Shown one piece after another: positions 31,517 to 44,051 of a stretch of DNA of 64,000 nucleotides. Each line of letters opens with the position of its first letter. Positions within the stretch are counted from its first letter, which is position 1. Origin of the DNA: Escherichia phage JK1; the sequence record MZ436830.1; one strand, written 5' to 3'. The translations under genes and the position numbers were made by a program. A model generated the notes under the pieces. The model was not told the origin of the DNA. It was given only the letters and a program-made list of their open reading frames with translations, and ran no database searches.

Positions 31517-31635
31517 TATAAATTCTCTTTTAAATGAAAATGCAGGACTTATTGGCATTGCCTGCGCAAGCCCTCAAGGGGTACTTAGGTTTTGAATATT
31601 TACCGACAGGATAACCATAAACCTCGTCAACATAA

Positions 31636-31884
31636 TTACTTCAGTGTTACCACAAAGTGACGAACTGCTTTTCGTGCAGCAGAAGCCAAAGGCTTAGCAT
31701 ATTTAAGCTCATCTTTTTCCTGGAGCTCAGCGGCTAATGCAGTTTGAGCAGGATTCAGATGTTTGAAATAACGCAGGATTTCAAGAGCTTCGGCTTCAAC
31801 ATCAATAGATGCGCCATAGTTTTCGTGACCATTATTCCATGCGTTTCGTTGCAGTTCAAGAGCGTGTTGTAATTGTTTAATCAT
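31636..31884 (-). CDS. rIII: rIII lysis inhibition accessory protein
   Basis: 82 aa ORF, length and sequence as recalled for T4 rIII; located downstream of gene 31. Confidence 0.75.
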   Translation of the reverse strand: MIKQLQHALELQRNAWNNGHENYGASIDVEAEALEILRYFKHLNPAQTALAAELQEKDELKYAKPLASAARKAVRHFVVTLK

Positions 31885-32023
31885 TTAAAAATTCTCGTTA
31901 GAGATTAAAACTCGGTAGTCACGTTCTTCTGAATTTCATCTTCTTTCGACAGATCTCTCAGTTGTAGACTACCACATAGAATTGTTCGGTTAACTTATTA
32001 TTCCGACACCCAATTCATATTAT

Positions 32024-32031
32024 TATTTATA
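32024..32031 (-). promoter_or_regulatory. Late promoter TATAAATA (candidate for rIII, minus strand)
   Basis: Plus-strand TATTTATA immediately after gene 31 stop, about 140 nt upstream of rIII. Confidence 0.4.
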
Positions 32032-32367
32032 TCACTTATAAAGACACGGAATAGCTTTATAGTGACAAGTAACGAATTTTTGTTTAATTTCTTTTGGCTG
32101 CTTAAGACCCAGAGCTACAAAAGGATGCGGAACATTTCGAATTTGACCAACTGGAAGAGAAGTCAAATCACCAACTTCGCAGAAACCTTCAGGAACATCA
32201 GGACCAACAGAGTGAACTACACACAGTTCAGGAACTTCACCTTGAACACGTTTACCGATAATAAGTCCTGATTCTGTAACTTCTTCATCACCAGCCTGTG
32301 CAGGTTCAGAAACTAAAATAACATATTCACCGACAGCACGAATTGGTAGCTGTTGTACTTCAGACAT
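32032..32367 (-). CDS. 31: Co-chaperonin gp31 (GroES analog)
   Basis: 111 aa ORF, length and position as T4 gp31; MotA-box middle promoter upstream. Confidence 0.88.
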
Positions 32368-32397
32368 CGTTTTTCCTTTTTGTTAACAGATGAATTA

Positions 32398-32422
32398 ATA
32401 ATAACAAATAATTCTTAAAGCA
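32398..32422 (-). promoter_or_regulatory. Middle (MotA-dependent) promoter candidate of gene 31
   Basis: Minus strand AAATGCTTTA MotA box (plus 32416-32422), 12-nt spacer, -10 TATTAT (plus 32398-32403). Confidence 0.45.
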
Positions 32423-32423
32423 T

Positions 32424-32732
32424 TTATTTACCAATAAATTGGAGTAAATGCTCAACTTTCATACCATTAACGGAAATCAATTTGTCAATAGAAAAACCTC
32501 GCCATGCACCAAGTTCAACATCAAATACTGGAATCATGTCAGTAGATTCTTTCCGAGTAGATTCAGTCAATTTACCAGTTTGCATGGTTGGCATAAAGTC
32601 TGCATCACGAGTACCTTTCATAGTACGAATAGTACCATCAGACTTTTCAAAAACTACGTTTGAAACACCCATGGACAATTTAGTTTTCAAAATTTCACGA
32701 ATTGCTACTTTCTGCTCAGTTGTCAGTTTCAT
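32424..32732 (-). CDS. Hypothetical protein (T4 31.1 position)
   Basis: 102 aa ORF upstream of gene 31. Confidence 0.6.
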   Translation of the reverse strand: MKLTTEQKVAIREILKTKLSMGVSNVVFEKSDGTIRTMKGTRDADFMPTMQTGKLTESTRKESTDMIPVFDVELGAWRGFSIDKLISVNGMKVEHLLQFIGK

Positions 32733-32969
32733 TTATTTACCTATTACAGTTTTAATATGAGTTGTTCCACGTTCTTTAAGGGTGGAAAGTAATTTTTGGC
32801 ATTTTTCTAAATCAGATTTCCAACTATACGGTCTATCAATACTAGTCCAATCAGTTTTATAATACTGTTTCCATTTAGAGAAAAAATATTTCTTATACTC
32901 TACAGCAAATGAGATGTTCTCATTAGAATAAGAACTAATTGCTGTAAGCTTTACCAAACGAAATTTCAT
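32733..32969 (-). CDS. Hypothetical protein (T4 31.2 position)
   Basis: 78 aa ORF. Confidence 0.55.
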   Translation of the reverse strand: MKFRLVKLTAISSYSNENISFAVEYKKYFFSKWKQYYKTDWTSIDRPYSWKSDLEKCQKLLSTLKERGTTHIKTVIGK

Positions 32970-33550
32970 TATTCACCACAGAATTCGTTGATATTTTCCC
33001 AATTTAACTTATTCAAGTTTTTCTTAGGAACATTAAACACTTCAATACCCGCATTTCGCAGAATATCATCCCAGCCAGGTTTATTTTTATCGTATGTTTC
33101 GCAATAAACCAGCTTTTTAATACCAGATTGAGCTATCGCTTTTGCACAATCTGGGCAAGGAGAAAGTGTTACATACATAGTAGCACCTTCAATAGAAGAA
33201 CCATTTCGCGCAGCAAACAAAATTGCATTTAGTTCAGCATGAATTTCATTTTTAGATGACCATTCCGAGTGAGCACTACGATGTTCTTTCGCCAAAACAA
33301 AACGATCAGTTGAACCAAATGATACGCATTCAGGCTTATGGCCTTGAATGATAGTGTGTTTAGGCTTATTCAACAACCAACCTTGCTCAGCAGCATAATC
33401 ACAACAGTTCACACCCCCTGCGGGGGAACCATTATACCCAGTAGAAATAATACGTCCATTCTTTTCAATTACTGCTCCTACCTTCCAGGAGCAACATTTT
33501 GATTCCTGTGATACTAAATATGCAATTTGAAGTACTGTACTCGCTTTCAT
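32969..33550 (-). CDS. cd: dCMP deaminase
   Basis: 193 aa ORF with cytidine/deoxycytidylate deaminase zinc motifs (HAE...PCxxC). Confidence 0.92.
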   Translation of the reverse strand: MKASTVLQIAYLVSQESKCCSWKVGAVIEKNGRIISTGYNGSPAGGVNCCDYAAEQGWLLNKPKHTIIQGHKPECVSFGSTDRFVLAKEHRSAHSEWSSKNEIHAELNAILFAARNGSSIEGATMYVTLSPCPDCAKAIAQSGIKKLVYCETYDKNKPGWDDILRNAGIEVFNVPKKNLNKLNWENINEFCGE

Positions 33551-33885
33551 TTCATAATCACCAGATAAGCAGATTTAGCAGTTTCAACACGATAAATTTC
33601 GTGACGAAGTTTAGTTATACTTTTAATAACAGAACTAATTATATTCTGCCCATCTTTAAAGCGGTTTTTCTTATCAATAAAAATTGCGCCAACCATCTTT
33701 TTGTGAAGCTCAACTGGATACTTCGTCACAATAATAGCATCATACACAGAAGGATGAATACTATTCACTAGAGTATCATTCATTAAAGTTATTCTAATGA
33801 ACTGTGCTGTTTCAGAATCAAGCGCTCTATGATCGCCAGTATCATTTTCAAGACAATTATCAATTATATCAGTTAAATTCATCAT
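33547..33885 (-). CDS. Hypothetical protein (cd.x cluster)
   Basis: 112 aa ORF; 4-nt overlap with cd start. Confidence 0.55.
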   Translation of the reverse strand: MMNLTDIIDNCLENDTGDHRALDSETAQFIRITLMNDTLVNSIHPSVYDAIIVTKYPVELHKKMVGAIFIDKKNRFKDGQNIISSVIKSITKLRHEIYRVETAKSAYLVIMK

Positions 33886-34118
33886 AGTACGCCATACACC
33901 CTTTGTGCTTCAACTAATCCATCAAAATCCAGTTTAAGATGCGATATTTGATCGCCATCACCTGGATTCACAATTACTAATACTGAACGAGGAGTTTCGG
34001 TAATAACACGAACCGATGTTTCAGGAAATCGTTCAGAAACCTTATTTACCAATTCCTGTGCAAATAGTTTAACTTTTTCTTGGAATTCTTTAACAGTAAT
34101 TGGTTTTTCACTTAGCAT
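33882..34118 (-). CDS. Hypothetical protein (cd.x cluster)
   Basis: 78 aa ORF; ATG 34116-34118; early promoter upstream. Confidence 0.55.
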   Translation of the reverse strand: MLSEKPITVKEFQEKVKLFAQELVNKVSERFPETSVRVITETPRSVLVIVNPGDGDQISHLKLDFDGLVEAQRVYGVL

Positions 34119-34148
34119 TTTGTTTTCCTCATTTGTTTTGGTAGAGCT

Positions 34149-34177
34149 ATAATATCACAACTCTACCGTAAAGTAAA
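34149..34177 (-). promoter_or_regulatory. Early-type promoter candidate with embedded inverted repeat
   Basis: Minus strand GTTTACT-17-TATTAT; 7-bp inverted repeat GGTAGAG/CTCTACC (34140-34146, 34161-34167) flanks the -10. Confidence 0.45.
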
Positions 34178-34180
34178 CTG

Positions 34181-34456
34181 TTAAATTGCTTTGAATTCTG
34201 ATGTCTGTGATTCAAAGCGAATATCGCCTTTGATGACTAGCTCAGCATCAAGACCAAATACGACAATGATATGCGCAGAACCTGGATACAGCGTAATGGC
34301 AATAGAATCCACCTGGTCTGGAAGCAAAGTGTTCAATACATGAGTCACTTGAGCATGAATTCGAAGCTCGGCTGCGTTATCAAGCTTTTCAAACATATTA
34401 TTAGCGATAATTTGGCTAAAAACTACTTCTACGATTTTAGAATAAGTCGGAAACAT
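34181..34456 (-). CDS. Hypothetical protein (cd.x cluster)
   Basis: 91 aa ORF. Confidence 0.55.
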   Translation of the reverse strand: MFPTYSKIVEVVFSQIIANNMFEKLDNAAELRIHAQVTHVLNTLLPDQVDSIAITLYPGSAHIIVVFGLDAELVIKGDIRFESQTSEFKAI

Positions 34457-34458
34457 AT

Positions 34459-34651
34459 TTACCTCACATAATTTTCTTCAAGCCAATCAATAACATCCAA
34501 CGCATTATCAAAAGTTGAACCATCTACTTTTTCTTCTGTTTCATAATCAAGAACATCTAAGCCTAATCTTCCGTTAACAATAGGCCATAAACAAAATAGA
34601 TATTTCTTTTCTTTTTCAATTTTATCACAAAGACGATAAATCTTTTCTAGG

Positions 34652-34659
<8 letters not shown>
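34459..34659 (-). CDS. Hypothetical small protein (cd.x cluster)
   Basis: 66 aa ORF. Confidence 0.5.
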
Positions 34660-36074
<1,415 letters not shown>

Positions 36075-36308
36075 TTATTTTTTCTCAACCAATGATTGAA
36101 TATAATCATGCAGGTCTTTAGATGCTTTACCCCACTTATTTTGATATTCATTTTTGAGATTAGCGCGTGATTGAGCTAATAAAACATCATTAGTTGGAGG
36201 TAAAGATTCTAATCGCTGAATCTGGCGTCCATAAATCATTGCAGCCATCTCGGATTCATAAATCAATCCTTTAAGATGTTCAAATTGATGCCATGAAATC
36301 ATTTGCAT
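36075..36308 (-). CDS. Hypothetical protein (pseT.x cluster)
   Basis: 77 aa ORF. Confidence 0.5.
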   Translation of the reverse strand: MQMISWHQFEHLKGLIYESEMAAMIYGRQIQRLESLPPTNDVLLAQSRANLKNEYQNKWGKASKDLHDYIQSLVEKK

Positions 36309-36598
36309 TTATCCTCTTTTAACTCTTGACGATAATAACATATCATAGTTTTCTGGTCATGTACATATCGTTTTACATCATTAAGCCAAATACGAAATTC
36401 CTGGGAATCTTCAAATGGCATACCGACCCAAGCTTTACCATCAATAACTTTAACTTGCCAAGATAGTTTAGCTTCATCATATGACTTTATTTGTACAGGC
36501 CAATTAGGATGAACTGTTTCTTTCTTTACTTCTAGAGGCTTTGTCGAACAACCAACTAGAAGACCAATAGATAATATTACTGCTGATAGTTTAATCAT
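36299..36598 (-). CDS. Outer-membrane spanin candidate (lipoprotein)
   Basis: 99 aa; signal peptide with lipobox LLVGC; directly downstream of and overlapping the i-spanin-like ORF (4 nt); corresponds to T4 pseT.2 by recall. Confidence 0.65.
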   Translation of the reverse strand: MIKLSAVILSIGLLVGCSTKPLEVKKETVHPNWPVQIKSYDEAKLSWQVKVIDGKAWVGMPFEDSQEFRIWLNDVKRYVHDQKTMICYYRQELKEDKCK

Positions 36599-36948
36599 TT
36601 AGAAAGGTCCTGGATGTCTTCTGCGAACTTGTTGAAGGAGTTGTTGATTTGTTTTTCAACCAATCCTGGCTTATGAGCCACCACATCCGCCTTCTTTGCG
36701 TCTTTGCGCAGTTTTTCATTTTCACGCTCAATAGCAGCAATTGCCTCACGATTTTTATTATTCATCGCATCAATATAATTATACTGAATTCGCAAATTAT
36801 TTAATGCTAAGGCGTTTTCATTGGCCGTTTTTGTAATTTCAGTAACCGATGTTTCTAATCTTTCTACCTTATTTTTTAAAATAATAGATGTTCCGCCAAA
36901 TACTATTACAAGTAATAGCAAACCTGCTGTCGTATTACTTAATTGCAT
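36595..36948 (-). CDS. Inner-membrane spanin candidate
   Basis: 117 aa; N-terminal TM helix (GLLLLVIVFGGTSIIL) then coiled-coil region; corresponds to T4 pseT.3 by recall. Confidence 0.65.
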   Translation of the reverse strand: MQLSNTTAGLLLLVIVFGGTSIILKNKVERLETSVTEITKTANENALALNNLRIQYNYIDAMNNKNREAIAAIERENEKLRKDAKKADVVAHKPGLVEKQINNSFNKFAEDIQDLSK

Positions 36949-37445
36949 AAAGTTTTAATAACCTCTATAATATCGTCTTGAGAAAGACCGTTAATTAAAA
37001 TATGATGTTCCGCCGGAGATTTAGAAATTTTAAAGCATGCCGCAACATCTTCTGCCATATCCGATGCGCTACGATTTGGATTACTAATTCCAAGACGATG
37101 TTTTCCCGTTAAAGGATTAACGATGATATAGCATTTACAGCTATTGATATGAACATTAGGTTGAGTCTGATTAATGAACACTTCACAATCATACTTAGCG
37201 AGTTGATTTTCTAAAAAGACTTTCATCTCTTCAACCGCATCAGGAAGCATATCACGGGCTTGCTCAAGACGACGATTTCGATATTCTTTAATGGTCGTTT
37301 TCCGCTTGACTTGCTTAGCTAAATCTTTCTTAAGATCGGTGATATATCCAACTCGACGATTTCCTTTAAATACAGAAATCCCATCTGTAGTATCACCGTA
37401 TGCTTCAACGACCATTTCAGTAGTAATAAGCTGCAAATCCATCAT
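36939..37445 (-). CDS. alc: Alc, host transcription termination/unfoldase protein
   Basis: 168 aa ORF (MMDLQLITTEMVVEAYG...), length and position as T4 Alc; early promoter upstream. Confidence 0.85.
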   Translation of the reverse strand: MMDLQLITTEMVVEAYGDTTDGISVFKGNRRVGYITDLKKDLAKQVKRKTTIKEYRNRRLEQARDMLPDAVEEMKVFLENQLAKYDCEVFINQTQPNVHINSCKCYIIVNPLTGKHRLGISNPNRSASDMAEDVAACFKISKSPAEHHILINGLSQDDIIEVIKTLCN

Positions 37446-37450
37446 AAAGT

Positions 37451-37503
37451 CCTCATGCTATGTCAGTAAGATTACTATAACACAACACGAGGGACTTGTA
37501 AAC
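37451..37503 (-). repeat. 53-bp promoter/leader cassette, copy 2
   Basis: 51 of 53 positions identical to 22237-22289; lies between the rnlA stop and the alc start. Confidence 0.85.
37474..37502 (-). promoter_or_regulatory. Early sigma70-type promoter upstream of alc
   Basis: Minus strand GTTTACA-17-TATAGT, GAGGA, ATG 37445; second copy of the 53-bp repeat. Confidence 0.55.
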
Positions 37504-37506
37504 AGC

Positions 37507-39094
<1,588 letters not shown>

Positions 39095-39102
39095 AATAAA
39101 AT

Positions 39103-39116
39103 GGGCCTTGCGGCCC
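39103..39116 (-). terminator. Hairpin/terminator between nrdB and denA (minus strand)
   Basis: GGGCC-GCAA-GGCCC hairpin on the minus strand followed by a U-rich tract. Confidence 0.45.
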
Positions 39117-39121
39117 ACTCC

Positions 39122-40300
39122 TTAAAAGTATTTTTTAAAACTCATCATAACTTTATCATCAACGTCATTATCAATCTGTGCTACAAGATAAGATGACAGT
39201 TCTACTTCTTGCGGCGCGGATTGAACATTATCAGAATTAAGATATTCACGAATCCAAGGATATGGATGTTTAACCGGAGCATCGGTAATTGGGCATGGAA
39301 GACCACACTGTTTCATACGAGATACAGTTAAGTAATCAATAAAGCTCCACATGCTATTTGTATTTAATCCAGGAACATCGCCATCTTTAAATAAATGAAC
39401 TGCCCAATCTTTTTCTTGGCGGTTAACTTCCATGAAAATATCAACTGCTTCTTGTTCACACTCTTGAGCAATTTTAACCCATTCATCGCCATCAGTACCG
39501 GATTGAAGCTGACGAATAATATATTGAGTGCCTTTAAGGTGAAGCTGCTCATCACGTGCAATGAACTTCATAATCTTGGCATTACCTTCCATGATTTCCA
39601 TGTTCTTGTGGAAGTTAAAGGTACACGCGAAAGATACATAAAAACGAATAGCTTCTAAGGCATTAATAACGTACAAACAGAGGTAAAGAGATTTCATTAA
39701 AGCACGTTTAGCTTCGGCTTCTTGTTTAATAGCTCGGTTTAAACGAAAGTCGGCATCAGGAGATTCTTTAGCTAGTTCTACAAATTCTTTAGCGTTTTCC
39801 CAATAACGAGTTTTAGTCAGAACATCATCATAATAACGTCCAATGGATTCAGCACGTTTCATAATAGCTTCATCTAATACAATCTCATCAAATACCTTCG
39901 ACGGATCAGTATAAAGATTTCGCATGATATGTGTATATGAACGGCTGTGAATAGTTTCACTAAAAGTCCACGTAGCAACCCATGTATCAAGGCTCGGGTC
40001 TGAAATTAATGACATAAGTACAGCAGACGGCGCACGACCCTGAATGCTATCCAAAAGTGATTGATACTTCAGATTATTAGTAAAAATATTTTGCTGATAC
40101 TGAGGAAGCTTATTAAACTGTGCAGCATCCATCATTAAGTTTACTTCTTCAGGCCGCCAGAAAAATGATAATTGCTTTTCGGTTAAATCTTCAAAAACTT
40201 TATGACGTTGAATATCATAACGCGCAATACCAAGGCCTGAACCAAAAAACATAGGTTCTTTTAAAACATCAACTGGATTTGTATTAAAAACTGTGCTCAT
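39122..40300 (-). CDS. nrdB: Ribonucleotide reductase small subunit
   Basis: 392 aa uninterrupted ORF; di-iron ligands and tyrosyl radical context conserved; no intron. Confidence 0.93.
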   Translation of the reverse strand: MSTVFNTNPVDVLKEPMFFGSGLGIARYDIQRHKVFEDLTEKQLSFFWRPEEVNLMMDAAQFNKLPQYQQNIFTNNLKYQSLLDSIQGRAPSAVLMSLISDPSLDTWVATWTFSETIHSRSYTHIMRNLYTDPSKVFDEIVLDEAIMKRAESIGRYYDDVLTKTRYWENAKEFVELAKESPDADFRLNRAIKQEAEAKRALMKSLYLCLYVINALEAIRFYVSFACTFNFHKNMEIMEGNAKIMKFIARDEQLHLKGTQYIIRQLQSGTDGDEWVKIAQECEQEAVDIFMEVNRQEKDWAVHLFKDGDVPGLNTNSMWSFIDYLTVSRMKQCGLPCPITDAPVKHPYPWIREYLNSDNVQSAPQEVELSSYLVAQIDNDVDDKVMMSFKKYF

Positions 40301-40351
40301 AAATTTTCCACTTAGTTAATAGATAGTGACTCGTCCATGAGTCAAATTATA

Positions 40352-42616
40352 TCATAATTTACAGGATGAACAATCTTCAGCTTTTGGAGTTTCTATTTCA
40401 TAATCATCAGTACCAGAACCATCGCGGGTATTATGATAATAGAAATTTTTTCCGCCAAAATACCAAAAATACAAAAGGTCATCAATCATTATTGACATTG
40501 GAACCTTTCCTTTTGGAAAAATCTGCGGGTCATAATATGTATTCGCCGAAGCTGATTGACAAACCCATTTCAGCATAATAGCTACCTGCGTAAGATAAGG
40601 TTTATTACCTTTCTTAGCTAATTTCCATGTATAATCATAGAGGTCTATGTTATGCTCAATATTGGGCACGACTTGATTAAAGGAGCCCTCTTTTGATTCT
40701 TTAACAGAGACTGGTCCACGTGGAGGCTCGATACCGTTTGTACTGTTAGAAACTTGGGAAGATGACTCACATGGCATAAGTGCTGATAATGTGCTATTAC
40801 GGATGCCAAAGAGCTTAAGGTCTTCCCGCAGCGACGACCAGTCACAAACGTATTTTGGAGCTGCGATTTGGTCAATCTTTTTATTGTACCAGTCGATAGG
40901 TAATTCGCCTCGAGACCAACGAGTGTCTGAATAATATTCGCAAGGTCCTTTTTCTTTGGCGAGCTTAATGGATGCTTTAATGAGTCCATACTGTAATCTC
41001 TCAAATAGTTCATGTGTTAAATCGTTAGCATCTTCATAAGAAGCAAAGTTACTTGCCAGCCAAGCTGCATAGTTAGTAACACCTACACCAAGGTTTCGAC
41101 GCTTTTTAGCTTTTTCTGCTTCAGGAACTGGATATCCTTGGTAATCCAAAAGATTATCAAGAGCACGAACTTGAACTTCTGCCAATTCATTAATTTTATC
41201 TTGGTCTTGCCAATCGAAGTTATCCAGCACAAATGCAGATAACGTGCACAATCCAATTTCAGCATCGGGGCTATTCACATCATTTGTTGGAATAGCAATT
41301 TCACAGCACAAGTTACTCTGACGAATAGGTGCCTTTTCACGAATAAATGGAGTATAGTTATTCGTATTATCAATGAACTGTACATAAATCCTTGCTGTTC
41401 CTGAGCGTTCAGTCATGAGCAATTCAAATAGTTCACGGGCTTTAATACGCTTTTTACGAATATTAGGATCTTTTTCTGCTGCTTCGTATAATTCACGGAA
41501 ACGGTCTTGGTCTTTAAAATAAGAATAATAAAGCTCGCCACCCATTTCATGCGGACTGAACAAAGTAATGTAGTCGTTCTTTCCAAAACGTTCCATCATC
41601 AAATCATTCAGTTGAACACCATAATCCATATGACGAATGCGGTTTTCTTCTACGCCTTTGTTATTTTTCAAAACGAGAAGATTTTCAACTTCCAAATGCC
41701 AAATAGGATAATAAGCAGTAGCAGCGCCGCCACGAATTCCACCCTGTGAACATGATTTAACTGCAGTCTGAAAATGTTTCCAAAAAGGAATAACACCAGT
41801 ATGACGTACTTCACCCATGCCAATCTTAGAACCTTCGGCACGAATCATACCAACGTTAATACCAATTCCAGCACGTTTGGAGATATATTCAACAATTGAA
41901 GCGGAAGCCTTATTGATAGACTTTAATGAATCACCTGCCTCAATAACAACACATGAACTAAACTGTCGAGTCGGAGTACGACAACCAGCCATAATAGGAG
42001 TTGGTAATGAAATCTGTCGAGTAGATACTGCTTCATAAAAACGGATAACGTGTTTTAATCTATCAACAGGTTCATCTTGATGCAGTGCCATTCCAATAGT
42101 CATAAATGCAAACTGTGGAGTTTCATAAATTTGACCAGTGGTTTTATCTTTAACTAAATATTTTTCTTTTAATTGCATCGCCCCGGAATAAGTAAATTCC
42201 ATATCCCGCTCGTGCTTAATTTTTGATTCTAAAAATGTAATTTCTTCTGCTGAATATTTTGACAATAATTCAGGGTCATATTTACCTGCATTTACACAAT
42301 AAGAAATATGGTCAATAAATGAACGTGGTTCATACTGCCCATAAACATGCTTACGAAGAGCGAACATTAAACAACGTGCAGCTACATATTGGTAATCAGG
42401 CTCTTCAACCGAAATAGAATTCGCAGCAGCCTTAATGACAATAGTCTGAATATCATCAGTTGTCATTCCATCACGGAGATAAGATTTAATATTTTCATAT
42501 AATTCATAAGGATCTACTGATGTTCCCTCAGCTGCCCAAGATAAAACTTTAATAATTTTTTGTGGGTCAAAGCTCTGAGAAACACCACTACTTTTGATAA
42601 CATTAATTAATTGCAT
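40352..42616 (-). CDS. nrdA: Ribonucleotide reductase large subunit
   Basis: 754 aa ORF, length as T4 NrdA; class Ia RNR features. Confidence 0.93.
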   Translation of the reverse strand: MQLINVIKSSGVSQSFDPQKIIKVLSWAAEGTSVDPYELYENIKSYLRDGMTTDDIQTIVIKAAANSISVEEPDYQYVAARCLMFALRKHVYGQYEPRSFIDHISYCVNAGKYDPELLSKYSAEEITFLESKIKHERDMEFTYSGAMQLKEKYLVKDKTTGQIYETPQFAFMTIGMALHQDEPVDRLKHVIRFYEAVSTRQISLPTPIMAGCRTPTRQFSSCVVIEAGDSLKSINKASASIVEYISKRAGIGINVGMIRAEGSKIGMGEVRHTGVIPFWKHFQTAVKSCSQGGIRGGAATAYYPIWHLEVENLLVLKNNKGVEENRIRHMDYGVQLNDLMMERFGKNDYITLFSPHEMGGELYYSYFKDQDRFRELYEAAEKDPNIRKKRIKARELFELLMTERSGTARIYVQFIDNTNNYTPFIREKAPIRQSNLCCEIAIPTNDVNSPDAEIGLCTLSAFVLDNFDWQDQDKINELAEVQVRALDNLLDYQGYPVPEAEKAKKRRNLGVGVTNYAAWLASNFASYEDANDLTHELFERLQYGLIKASIKLAKEKGPCEYYSDTRWSRGELPIDWYNKKIDQIAAPKYVCDWSSLREDLKLFGIRNSTLSALMPCESSSQVSNSTNGIEPPRGPVSVKESKEGSFNQVVPNIEHNIDLYDYTWKLAKKGNKPYLTQVAIMLKWVCQSASANTYYDPQIFPKGKVPMSIMIDDLLYFWYFGGKNFYYHNTRDGSGTDDYEIETPKAEDCSSCKL

Positions 42617-42933
42617 AAGTCCTCAACTTGAAAATCGTCTTTAAACAATCGGTTAACTATATGAGCTATTATATCACCATGACACGGCTTTGGTTTACAT
42701 GTGCATCCTAGCCTCATTCCACGTAAAGGCTCTAAATGTGCTTTAGTTATTTCTCCGGATTTAATTCGACGTATAAAATCTTTTTTGAATAATTCAATGG
42801 CAGCCTCCCGGCTGCCAGCATCTTTACCGACGTAATTTCCCCAAAATGTACCACGGTGAATATTAACATCAAAGTCGGATTTGTATTTATTCACTACCCG
42901 GCATAGACGGCCCGGTTGGTAATAATTCTTCAT
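42607..42933 (-). CDS. Conserved hypothetical protein (Cys/His-rich C-terminus)
   Basis: 108 aa ORF; motif [14 protein letters not shown]; overlaps nrdA start by 10 nt. Confidence 0.55.
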   Translation of the reverse strand: MKNYYQPGRLCRVVNKYKSDFDVNIHRGTFWGNYVGKDAGSREAAIELFKKDFIRRIKSGEITKAHLEPLRGMRLGCTCKPKPCHGDIIAHIVNRLFKDDFQVEDLCN

Positions 42934-43150
42934 ATTGTTTTTCCGTTAATACAGTAATATCATAGTAACAATCGGAAGAAGTTTTAACTGTGGAAATTTT
43001 ATTGTCAAAATACTCACGAGTCATTTTATGAGTATAGTATTTTTTACCATAAATGGTAATAGGCTGTTCTGGTCCTGGAACTTCTAACTCGCTTGGATTA
43101 GGAAGTGTAAAAAGAACGACACCAGAAGTATCTTTAAATCGTAAAATCAT
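42887..43150 (-). CDS. Hypothetical protein
   Basis: 87 aa ORF between td and nrdA. Confidence 0.5.
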   Translation of the reverse strand: MILRFKDTSGVVLFTLPNPSELEVPGPEQPITIYGKKYYTHKMTREYFDNKISTVKTSSDCYYDITVLTEKQYEELLPTGPSMPGSE

Positions 43151-44007
43151 ATTGCCATTTTCCCTTTAATTGCTGGATGCGATTCATAATTTTCAAGGAT
43201 AAAATCTTTCGGTTTCATGTATTCAGTTAACCAGTAAAGCTGTGTTTCGGTGTCACAATTTCCAAACTCTATAGGCCAATCAATTTTAAGTTCACATAGT
43301 TCTTTAGGCTCACGACGTAAAATTTCTTTACATTGCTCAGTATGATTCATATAGATGTGAGTATTACCACCAGAAAATATCAAATCTCCTGGGATAAGAT
43401 TACACATCTTAGCCACAATATGCGTCAAGGCAGCGTACGAGGCAATGTTGAATGGCAAGCCCAAGAAAACATCTACACTTCTTTGGTACCATTGTAAATC
43501 AAGATAACCATTACGCACATTAAACTGATAGAACATATGACAGGGCGGTAATGCCATTTGATTGATTTCAGCTGGATTCCATGCTGAAACGATTTGACGT
43601 CGATCAGTTGGTAATTTTTTAATACGATCAATAGTTTCAACTAATTGATCCACACCACCGAAATCACGCCATTGTTTACCGTATATAGGACCAAGTTCAC
43701 CACTATGATATCCTAGGTCTTTAGCCTGGTTTTCATAGTTATCGTCCCAAATAGTTTTACCTTGAATAAGACTACCATGAGTGCGAAGACGTAAATCATT
43801 AACATTGGTAGAACCGGAAATAAACCATAAAAGCTCAGCAATGCATGCATTCCAGGCGAGCTTCTTAGTTGTTACTGCAGGAAAACCTTTGGTTAAATCC
43901 CATCGTAATTTAGTACCGAACAAAGCAATTGTTCCTGTGCCCGTTCGGTCATCGGTTTCATAGCCATTTTCAAAAATGTCTTTAATTAAATCTTGGTATT
44001 GTTTCAT
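43147..44007 (-). CDS. td: Thymidylate synthase
   Basis: 286 aa uninterrupted ORF; active-site segment PPCH; ATG 44005-44007; no intron. Confidence 0.95.
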   Translation of the reverse strand: MKQYQDLIKDIFENGYETDDRTGTGTIALFGTKLRWDLTKGFPAVTTKKLAWNACIAELLWFISGSTNVNDLRLRTHGSLIQGKTIWDDNYENQAKDLGYHSGELGPIYGKQWRDFGGVDQLVETIDRIKKLPTDRRQIVSAWNPAEINQMALPPCHMFYQFNVRNGYLDLQWYQRSVDVFLGLPFNIASYAALTHIVAKMCNLIPGDLIFSGGNTHIYMNHTEQCKEILRREPKELCELKIDWPIEFGNCDTETQLYWLTEYMKPKDFILENYESHPAIKGKMAI

Positions 44008-44051
44008 TTAGTACCTTATATAAATTATAATACATTTTATGAAGCTAATAA

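Noticed and set aside
31885-32031. Possible tRNA gene in the largest non-coding gap
   Set aside because: No cloverleaf could be drawn: no acceptor stem pairing with a 3' end, no T-loop GTTCRA-like motif. Kept only as a possible structured leader.
43147-44007. Possible group I intron in td (and in nrdB at 39122-40300), as in T4
   Set aside because: Both genes are single uninterrupted ORFs of the expected protein length; no intron-sized insertion or internal ORF.
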